Shown one piece after another: positions 53,725-64,000 of a stretch of 64,000 bases of DNA. The notes below the pieces were generated by a model. The model ran no database searches. It was given only the letters and a program-made list of their open reading frames with translations, and was not told where the DNA came from. The stretch's first letter is position 1, and each line of letters starts with the position of its first letter. Both the position numbers and the translations under genes were made by a program. This DNA comes from Adineta vaga (Eukaryota > Animalia > Rotifera), in assembly GCA_021613535.1 (NCBI GenBank), contig CP075492.1, forward strand, positions 12,462,001 through 12,526,000. Reading direction: 5' to 3'.

Positions 53725-54912
53725 TCATACTTCATCTTCGACTAGTATTCGTAGTTTTTGTTGTTTTTCATTATGTAAAGTTATATCATTCGAAGTCAAT
53801 AGTGGTGGAGATTGAACATCATATGGAATACCTGTAAATTGAGATAATAATTGATGGTCTTCATTTTGTGAGGATGATGATGATGACATCAAAGTAGTGC
53901 GCACTTCTCTTTCATTGTCATTATCCTTATTTGGCAATCGACATGTTGTTAATAATAGAATTGCATCAACAATTGAGAGAATAAATGCAATCCAACCAAT
54001 GATTGCTGAATAACCCATACGAATTTGAATACTTGCCAAAAAACGATCAATTGCTGTGTTCGTATCTTGTGATAGTTTATAGATTTGATTCGAACGATAA
54101 TGTTTTTTAATAGCAACTAAATAATCTATGGATTCATATTCCATGTGTTGAAAAATAATGATTAAATTCAACATTAGAAAAAAAACGGCCGATATTGTTG
54201 TTAAAAATCCAAAACATCGAATTTTCACACGATAATGTGAATTCGTACAAACGAGAATGAAAATATAAAATAGGCTAGTAAGAAATAAAAGTATCAATCC
54301 TAATGATCCTAATATACGACAAAGTGTCACATAGGGTGGATAATGGCAATCACAGGAAAATGGTGAATCGGAATCTTTTTGTATAGGTGAGAGATCAAAT
54401 GTTGCACGAAGATAATCATTATTGATATCGAAATTTTTTGCATTAGCTTTGGCACAGAATTGATAATACGATAAACTATGACATTCATTGAACTGTTCAT
54501 CATTATATGATGGTAAATAATTTTTCGAACATTTTCTTCCTTCATGTATTCGAAAGATATTGACAAGATTTACTTGATAATCGAGTGTGGAAGAATTACT
54601 TAGAATATATTCACATCGTTGAAATAAACCATAGGAATGACGAGTTGAACGATGTATGGTATTAAAATAATGTAAAACTTCAGTACGAATTAATGCATCA
54701 ACACCATCGACATACAATGAATTTGTATTAGGAGAAATTTCTTTCCAATGTGGTGTGAAAAATGCAATACATTGAAGTGCAATTGTAATGCATGTTAAAA
54801 CAAGACCAATTGCAATACTAATTTGTATTTTGCCTTTGGCTACGTTCGCTTTTTTGTTCGATTCAGAAGAAAAATCATGTATTGAAGAATTTATTTGTTG
54901 TTTTTCAAGCAT
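53725..54912 (-). CDS. Claudin/PMP22-superfamily-like four-transmembrane protein, intronless, 395 aa
   Basis: TM1 followed by FTPHW...YGLFQRC (W-GLW-C-like signature), three further hydrophobic helices, MGYSAIIGWIAF in TM4. Confidence 0.75.
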   Translation of the reverse strand: MLEKQQINSSIHDFSSESNKKANVAKGKIQISIAIGLVLTCITIALQCIAFFTPHWKEISPNTNSLYVDGVDALIRTEVLHYFNTIHRSTRHSYGLFQRCEYILSNSSTLDYQVNLVNIFRIHEGRKCSKNYLPSYNDEQFNECHSLSYYQFCAKANAKNFDINNDYLRATFDLSPIQKDSDSPFSCDCHYPPYVTLCRILGSLGLILLFLTSLFYIFILVCTNSHYRVKIRCFGFLTTISAVFFLMLNLIIIFQHMEYESIDYLVAIKKHYRSNQIYKLSQDTNTAIDRFLASIQIRMGYSAIIGWIAFILSIVDAILLLTTCRLPNKDNDNEREVRTTLMSSSSSSQNEDHQLLSQFTGIPYDVQSPPLLTSNDITLHNEKQQKLRILVEDEV

Positions 54913-57729
54913 TGATCATTTCTATAATATAAATAATCACAATTATTAATTTAAACCACCGAGATCTCTTGATGTTTTCATATTCATTCTTGCATTTCTT
55001 ATCTTTGTTTTATTATTTAATACTAATGATAAGAATAAACGCTTCTTACAGCTCCAAATACTCATACATGATAAATTTTATTTAGTTTGATATTCGTTTG
55101 CCTCTACATACCTATGATGAACTAAAATAGTAGATGACTTGTTCGCTGATGAAGTTTTTACCGTACTCTGAACTAAACCTTGTTGTATTCATGCACTTTT
55201 CTTTTCATTTGCATGCTTACCTCACCTTTCTTTCATCTGCCGATAAAACGAACGAAGGAACGAAAAAAAGGAGAGAGATTTTTCGTTTATACGGAAGAAA
55301 AAAGGAGGAACCTACCAAATTGAATACCGACGAATCATATTGTCATGGTAGATTTTACAATCGAACGACATACATTGACTAAAGAATAAAAGTACAGTTG
55401 ACAATGACAACATACAAGGTTACTTCTTTTTCTGTTCTCTCTTTTTATTTGAAAAAAAATCATTTCGCAACTGGAAGATATTCTTGACGTTTTACAGATT
55501 AAGAACAGTAAATATCGAAAGTATAAAAACAATAACTAATGCCATTTAGACAAGTATATATTGTACTTTTTTTGTTCGTACTCGAATTTTATGTTAAACA
55601 AAGTCATCAGTTATTTTCATAACCATAAAATATGGTTACATCATATTTAACTATTGACCTTCTATCAAAACGTACGGTCTATTCGCGAAGATTGGCAGTG
55701 ATTTTATAAGATTGCAACGAGAGAAAAAAAAGAAGCTGTAATTCAACAATGACGAAACAAATGTGCCAATCTTTCAATCATCATTCCAAAAATATAAATC
55801 AAATAATAATGTTTTTCATCCTATATTGTATCAATAAACTATTCTGAAAAATATTTGATCAAATCAGATAAAATACATTTGTTCTCAAGGTTACATACCT
55901 TTGCAATATCGAATCAGTAAGATCATCAATTACTTTTTCCACAATGATACGATCAACAAGAGTATTCGATTGAGTTTTACATACTTAATTCAATCATTCG
56001 AGTGTTTAAAAAATCTGTCGCATAAGTGAAAGAATGTGTAGATGATTTGTATCATTTATCTTGAATATGCACTAAATATTTATTTAGGAGCTATATGTTC
56101 TTTTATTTTAAAAGTTTTAATGTCAATATTTATTCCTGACAAGAGTACAAATGTGTTAAAAGCACCATGCACAATAATAGTTAATCATATCTCATAAATA
56201 TTCTCATCAGATAACGTGTTTTCATTTCGCATAGTTTTGTTCGTGGTTGATAAGAGAAAAAGAGTTGATTAATCTTTACAAAATTGAATTTAAAATTGAT
56301 TGATCTATTAGACAAATACGATGTCCTTTGAAGCAAATTAACTAAAAGAAGAGATAAATAGTCGTCTGAAACTTCCTATCAGCTATCAAAATATTAATCA
56401 AATCAGACAAGTTTGCAATGGAGACTTGCTTTTCATCGAATTGTTGTGTGTGTGTGTGTGTTCTAGTTTTCTGGTAATAATTAGAGAAATCGTCTGTCAC
56501 AAGAGATTTTGTTTTCATATCATCAATAATGAAATGTGCAAAACGTCAACATCTATTCTTTTTCTTTCGTCTTCCTAAAATAGATATCTAACTAACATGT
56601 CTATATTTCATTCACTTGATATATAGACGAAGAACAATATGAAGATATAATTCATTTTGATTACTGACATCAATGATCTTCTTCGTTTGTTGTCATCATT
56701 GATGAGAAAAACATAAATATATCTACAGATGTTTGTATCACTCATCTTCTCTATCCAGATACGAAGTGCTTACATTCTCTAGTATATCTCATTCTCTCAT
56801 CAACTTGTCATTCAAGGTAAATCAAACAAGTTTTACTTTCTTCGTTGGAAAAACGTTTTTCATCTGATATTATCAACGAGATTCGATTTCTTATTAACCT
56901 TTTAGTCTCATTGACAAAATCTGATCTGTTGTTGTCGTATTTTTGTTTTGATTATCGCATCTTGCAACGATTGATATATAAATAACGATAGAAAAAAATA
57001 TGATCTTCAAACTTTTTTCTTATTTTCGACTATCTTGAAAAAGATAGAGCACAAGCAAATTTTGACATATGCATATTGCTTATGTGTCAATGAACTAACA
57101 ATAGGGAAGAAAATCTAACGAAAGGAAACATTACTTTTCTCTCTCTAGAGAGAGAAATAAATCAATTAGCATAGCAAAAATGATATATGAAGACGAACGT
57201 TTGTATGTACACTCGTCTCGAAGATAATCATTTACTAACATTTTTCCTTCTCTATGTTATCTTATTACATATATGAAGGCACGTTCTGTCGCTACTTATT
57301 TTTGCTTCTACGACGTAATTAACAGTTTAAAATGACTTTCGAGTATTAAACGTAAGTTCATGAATTCTGAGAATTGATTTTAATTGAAGAAAGTTTGACA
57401 GAATTTTGATCATATGTTGATAAATCTATTTTCCTTTCAATATACATCGTTGATTATAATGAGATTTTGTTTTTTCCACCTGATCACACATTGATTTAAA
57501 GAATATCTTTTCCGAAAACATCATCTCATTTTCAAAAACATTGATGAATCATATTATTGATATTGTATATCTTTCTCTCTTTATATTTTCTTCTTCTTCC
57601 AGAAGTGTCCATCTTAATAAACAAACAACATTTGTACATTTATAACTGATACACAAGTAAGATAATTGACAAAAAACTATTTATTCCAATTAATTATTAC
57701 ATACAGATTCTCGTATTTAGATCATTAAC

Positions 57730-59549
57730 ATGTCGAAGAAATTCAATATTGACGAATGGATGCTATCTTTCAAGTATGTCTTTGTTCCTTCGAGTTTTCG
57801 TTGATTAATTTCAATTGTTGTTGTTGTTGTTTTTTCCAGATATTGGTTATTACTTTTTATTCCTCATATTTCAATTTGTATACTCTTTACAATGTATATG
57901 ATAATCGGTGCGAGTATCATTCAAGAAGTCGAATCTGAAGAATTGCCATTCAATTCTTCTGTATTGAAAAATCTTCAAAAAGAGCGAGAACGTCTTCTGA
58001 TAAAAATCATTGAAAAGAGACAAATACTAGATTTACAACAATATACTCGATATGTTTATAAACATCTTCGTCAATATGAAAATGAACTGAAAAAACAAAC
58101 CAATATTCAAGAAAATTCAACATGGAATTTTTCAAATTCGTTATTTTTTCTTGGAACAAGTTTAACAACAATTGGTAAGAATATTTTCTGAAAGAATTTT
58201 TCGTAGATTGACTTCGCTTACTTTTTTTCTTCTCAAGGTTCAAATGAATTGATTCCGAAGACAAATCTTGGTAAAATCTTCGTTATTATCTATACAACCA
58301 TTGGCATTCCATTAACATTAGTTTTCTTAACTGATCTAAGTTATTTAGTTCAAGAATTAATCGAATATATTTCATTGATTCTATTCGATATTTATTCCAC
58401 GAAATATTTCCTTCGATTACGTCGATTAAGATTATTTTATTTCATTGAATATCGATGTGAGAATTTCTTTCAAAATGATCAAGAAATTTTCGAAACAAAT
58501 CTAACAATTCTACAATTGATTATAACATTGATTATTTATATTCTCTTTGGAACATGGATTATTCCATCGAAATCATTTTTCGATAGTGTTTATTTATGTT
58601 TTACAATTATATTTACAATAAGTTTTAATCGAAAGATTCATGATGCGAAACATTTATTTTTTACAAGTATTTATTTATTTATTGGTTTAGCCATTGGATT
58701 TCTATATGTCAAAGCAGTTAAAGCTCGATTGGAAAGATTTTTAGAAACTTGTGGCAAACAATTATTGAAAAATCTTGTCGAATTTACTCAACAATTGGGT
58801 AAGATATATGATCTAAGAATCAAGAAGCTTTATTTTTGACAGTTGACTGTTTATTAGGTTATCATAATTTAAATCCAGATGATTTATTGACAGATAATCA
58901 TATCAATTTGTATCGAATGAAGAAATATGATCATGCCTATAATTCTCATATGCCTCGAGCAAGATCCGTAGAGCAACAAATATCTTTACGTCCAGTTGGT
59001 ATTGCCGAACCATTTCGTCGTCTTTCAACTGGACTCATTGGTCGATTAAAAACGATTGAAGGCGAAACGGATAGTCATCTAGATAAAAGTGTACAAGTAA
59101 CTACAATTATTCGACGATGTGGTCGTTGTGCTGATTCAACACTTCCGATATTACCAGTGAGAAAACATAGTGCAGTTTCCACATCGTCATCTTCAATAAC
59201 TGATAACAGTTCAGGTGGTGATGATGATGAAATTATGGATTATCCTCCGCCTAATTTAGATCGTATACGTCAAAGACGTGCAACATTAGTAGCCAAAACG
59301 ATTATTAATCAAATGGTTACACAATCACAAACATCATCGATAGATGATAGCTTACCATCATTAACACTTCCAGCAAATTCACGTCGTCGTTCACCGAATT
59401 CATCGTTAAGTTCAGTGACCTGTTCAGTTAAAGTATCGCCATCACCATCACCCGAATCAACGAGAAAATATCAAGCTAGTCAAGAAGAATTCTCACAACT
59501 TTCGAAACAAATCGCAGCTTTATTAACACCAAGTGATGATGAGAATTGA
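57730..59549 (+). CDS. Two-pore-domain (K2P/TWK-like) channel with non-canonical selectivity filters, 4 coding exons
   Basis: M1 PHISICILFTMYMIIGASIIQEVE, cap region, P1 WNFSNSLFFLGTSLTTIG/SNELIPKT, M2 LGKIFVIIYTTIGIPLTLVFLTDL, M3, P2 SFFDSVYLCFTIIFTISFN, M4 YLFIGLA, long Ser-rich tail. Confidence 0.87.
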
Positions 59550-60184
59550 ATGAATAGATTTTTTTTATGGATTCTAGTCTTTCGTTATATTGTGTTTCTT
59601 ATTGTATTGTTTCATTTTGATGTAGAGAGAGAGAAGAAATAATCATGGTTTGTTGTTTTTTTTAATGCTTTGATAGTTCTACTTATTAAAAAGAAGAGAA
59701 TATTTTTCATACTACAATAAAACAAAATTTATATGTAAACAATCATTAACTTCGAATAAATCTGATTATGATCAACGCGTACATCAATTGGTAATGATAC
59801 GTGAACTGAAGAATAGTTTTACAAGATATATGTAGATGCCACTAGTGTCCAATTTCTTAAAAATCCTATTGTTCATTCTTTCGTAATAACAATTTTAATT
59901 ACGTAATATCTATGATAGAAAAAACCTTAAGCATTCGAAATATAGCATCGTCTCTGCTTTGTTTAAGAATTGAAATCTTTTACATAATAACAACCAATCG
60001 AAATAATTACAAATTTCGTCATCAAAGATTGGGCTGGACATCTTTCTTCAGCGAGTCGATATAAGATACGAATATAATAAATCGAAATCAAAAGCATATT
60101 TTTTATCTTTAAAAATCAATATTGACTTATTTAAATACTCAAAAAATCGATTTATTGTCGTTTTCTTATTTTAGATAATCAAAA

Positions 60185-63100
60185 ATGGTCTTCATGAAAC
60201 CTGAAAGTGCTCTTCGACGAGCTGATGGTAGATTTATTTCTTCTATATACTTAAATTAGTACTAACCTATTGATATTTATATATTCCTTTAGAATTAATT
60301 GATGTCGGTAAAAAACAACGTGCTTTAGAAACACTTTTCGAAGTAATTACATCTCGTCGTCATCGAACATGGACGAAAACGCACGAACCGCTAATGGAAA
60401 AATTCTTAGAACTCTGTGTGGAATTAAAGAAAAGTCAAATTGCTAAAGATGGTCTTCATCAATATAAAACAATTTCACAAACAGTAAGAATTTAAATCTA
60501 GTTAGACAAGAGTCTTATCTCTTGTATTGATAGGTATCAGTGAAATCACTCGAAGATGTTATTATGAAATTTCTTAAATTGGGTGAACAACGATGCTTAG
60601 AAGCACGACAAGCAGCGACTAATGCTCTCGTTGATATCGATGATTTGGAAATTATTCAAACACCAGAAAGGTATGTGAGCATGAATCGTAATGTAACGAT
60701 TTCAAATAACGTAGTTCGATAACGACTTTTTTACTTTGTTTTCTAGTCTTTTACTCAGTGCAGTTAGTGGCGAATCCCAACAAGATCGTACTGATCGTGA
60801 TATGCTTGCACCATGGTTAAAATTCGTCTGGGAATCATACAAACAATGTTTAGATTTATTGAAAAATAATAATCGAGTTGAAAAAATCTATCAAGAAGTT
60901 GCTCAAATGGGATTTCGTTTCTGTCAACAATACAATCGTCGACCTGAATTTCGAAAATTATGTGATACAATTCGAACGCATTTTGTACAATCACAAAAAT
61001 ATTCTCAACAAATGTATAGCGTGAATTTTCAATTACCGGAAACTCAAGCTCTTCATTTGGAAACACGTTTAGTTCAACTTGATACAGCTATTGCTATGGA
61101 ATTATGGCAGGTAAATACACATTAGAATAGTTATCTATGATCTATGTGTTTACTCTTCTAGGAAGCTTTTAAAGCTGTTGAAGACATTCATGCCTTTACA
61201 ACAATCTCCAAAAAGACACCACGACCACAACAATTGGCTTCGTACTATAATAAAGTTGCTCTCGTTTTTTGGAAAGCTGGAAATTATGTCTTTCATGCAA
61301 CAACTGTTCTTAAACTTTATGTTTTACATCGAGAACAAAAGAAAAATATTACTCATGCTGAATTAAGTCGTTTGTCAACAAAAGCATGTAAATATTATTT
61401 TCAATTGTTAAACTTTTCTTTAATCTTGTCTTCTTATTTGTAGTATTATCGATTCTTTCAATTCCATTACCAACACCACGAACACAGATTGATGAACATT
61501 TAGAAACGGAAGAAACAACAAATGAAAAACAAAAACGTTTAACAAGTTTATTATCGTTACAACAAATTCCAACTCGTGCAAGTCTTATACGCGATATGAT
61601 TAAACAAGGTGTCTTGAATTTTGTCTATCCAGAATTAAAGAATATGTATGAATGGTTAGAAGTTGAATTTAATCCATTGAAATTATCGAAAAAAATGGAA
61701 GAAAGTGTTGAATTTATTGAAAAACTTGCACAACCCGAATATTCGCAATATATGCCTGCATTACGTGATGTAACTGTTGTTCGTTTACTTCAACAAATTT
61801 CTCAAGTTTATCAAACAATTGAATTGAAACGCTTTATTGATCTTGCTCCAGCCATTGATAAACATCGATTAGAAAAAATTATTGTTAATGCTTCAAAAAA
61901 TAATGATGTTCAAGTTCGTATTGAACATAAAGCAAATGCATTAACATTTGGTACGGATTTAAATCTATCAGCGGGACAATCGGCTGCAAATCAAGCGGCA
62001 TCGAAAACGAATGTTCTTCAAAAGATGCCGAATGAACAAATACGTAATCAATTAATGTCGATTTCACGAGCACTCTATTCATCTATGGAAATCGTTAATG
62101 AAAAAGCAAGCAAAGAACGAAATGATAAATTAAAATTAGAAATCGCTCGTACGTATTATCGAGATGAAGTGAGTCAACGAAAAGAAATTCTCAGACGACG
62201 AGAACTTATCGAACGTTATAAAGAAGAAAAAGAAACGGAATCGAAAAATAAACTTCGTGAACGTGAAATCGTTTCGTTTCCAAGAAGATGAACGTGTTAA
62301 GGAAGATGAAAATCGTCGTAAAGCTGAACAAGCACGTCGAAAAGCTGAAGCTGCATTAGAACGTGAAAAAGAAGAACATCGTTTGAATATGAAGATTGCT
62401 ATTGATAAATTACGTGAATCAGAAATTGGCCGTCGTATTATTGAACTTATTGGTGATGAAGAATTATATAAATATGATCCTGATTCATTGAATTCTTTAC
62501 ATATTGATGCCGTTATAAAACATAGTCGTGAACAAAAAGAAAAATTGAAAGTTCAATTTAAAAAAGTTGACTTTTTTGTTCGTGCATTACATGAAGCAGA
62601 AGTTCCATTTATACAAAAACATAGTGAAGCTGAAGTACAACGTCGACGTGAAATTCAACAGCAAGAACGTGAAAATGCTATTGAACGACGTGATCGTCTT
62701 GTACGAATGGAAGACGATAAGCAAAGTTTCCTTCAATCAATTCGTGGTCAACGACATGAAGATTTTATTGTTCAACGACAAGAGTTTGAACAACGTTTGA
62801 ATGTTGCCCGTCAACAACGTTTAGAACAGTTACGCAAAGAAAATATTGAAAAACGAAAACAAGAATGGAGACGACAAAAACAAGCAGAAAAAGATGCAAA
62901 AATACGACGTCAAGAAGAAAAACGTTTGGCTGAAGCACGTGCAGTAGCTAGAGAACGAGATGAGAAATTGAATGCTCAATCACAAATTCAACGTCAACGT
63001 GAAGAAGAAATTCGAGTTCGATTAGAAGCCGAACAAAGTGCTTTACGAGCTACTTCTACTACAAATCGACGTTCAGCTGTTCCTGAAAAAGATAAAACTG

Positions 63101-63907
63101 ATAGGTTTGTTGATGAAAGAAAGAAAATTTGTTGATTTACTTTATAAAAAAAACATTTTAGTCGACCATGGCGACCAGGACAACGTGATCATGGAGATAA
63201 TCCACCATCGCAGGCTGATAATAAGAGTAGTTGGCGTAATCGAAATGAAGATCAACAACGGTACGAATATGCAAACTTTAAATGAAATACTTAGTTTTTG
63301 TTCTATATTTAGTGTACGAACCAACGATCGACGTATGGATGAACCGCCATCAAATAAAGGTTCCTCAAATGATTCATGGAGATCGAAAACAAGAACTGAA
63401 CAAGTAGATCGTGATGATAGACGAGTATCATCCCAACAACAATCATCGCCATCATCCGAACGATGGACGGAACGAAATGCTGATACAGCAAGTAGTTGGC
63501 GAACAGTTGGAAAAAAACAATCGAATCCGTATGATTATAGATTTATTTTGTTCATCTGAAATTTTCCTCTTCGTATAGCTCACGACCTGAAAATGAACGT
63601 CCTTCTCAACAACGTCCAGGTGAATCATCATCATCAGATGCTTGGCGACCCAAAACACGTCCAACCGATGAAGTACGCGATAATGTTCGTAGTGGTCCAC
63701 CACCCTCAGAAAGTTGGGGACGAGCGGATACGAATAGTAGCTGGCGTACACGAGAAAAGACACGTTTAAATAGGTATATTGTGTTTTTGTTTGAAATCTC
63801 TTCATTTTCTTTTATCTCTATGAATGAATTTTAGTTGGCGTGCCAATGATAGCGATGATGAAAATGAACGTCCTTCATCTGATAATCGTCGACCTGGTGG
63901 CAATTAA
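60185..63907 (+). CDS. EIF3A: Eukaryotic translation initiation factor 3 subunit A; multi-exon, apparent +1 frameshift near 62270
   Basis: [85 protein letters not shown] domain, charged coiled coil, C-terminal SWR/DD-rich repeats. Stop at 63905-63907. Confidence 0.95.
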
Positions 63908-64000
63908 GAATAGCAGATGTAGTGAAACAGAAACAAGAACTTTTTTAAACCTATAGTCTAACTGAAAAGTGTGGTTGTTTTATTCTATACACACTATCAG

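Noticed and set aside
54913-57729. Short ORFs and exon-like segments between the claudin-like and K2P genes
   Set aside because: No protein motifs or coherent multi-exon frame; more likely 5' UTR exons and regulatory DNA.

Overview
AT-rich eukaryotic (metazoan) genomic DNA, gene-dense, with many short (about 50-60 nt) GT-AG introns. Conserved animal genes sit beside intron-poor genes of apparently non-metazoan type, which fits a bdelloid rotifer; this assignment is an inference. About 19 protein-coding genes, in order: partial ankyrin/TRPV-like gene, NCS1 nucleobase permease, bacterial CtBP-like D-2-hydroxyacid dehydrogenase, Rab11-FIP, divergent aspartyl-tRNA synthetase paralog, p190 RhoGAP, GliK-like gamma-glutamylcyclotransferase, GNAT acetyltransferase, RPS9, Sas10/Utp3, Sel1-repeat membrane protein, LRR surface protein, Lhx3/4, TMEM183, dynein-2 heavy chain (about 17 kb), neuropeptide precursor, claudin-like protein, K2P-like channel and eIF3a. 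Most notable: (1) an intact AspRS paralog with a rewritten amino-acid pocket, motif 2 and one anticodon contact; (2) a prepropeptide releasing non-amidated YRFD/YRLD tetrapeptides (RF-D instead of RF-G); (3) a K2P-fold channel with both selectivity filters degenerate (GSN and SFN); (4) two co-oriented pairs of candidate horizontally acquired metabolic genes; (5) apparent frameshifts in dynein-2 and eIF3a. Gene models were spliced by eye and family assignments come from remembered motifs, not database searches.
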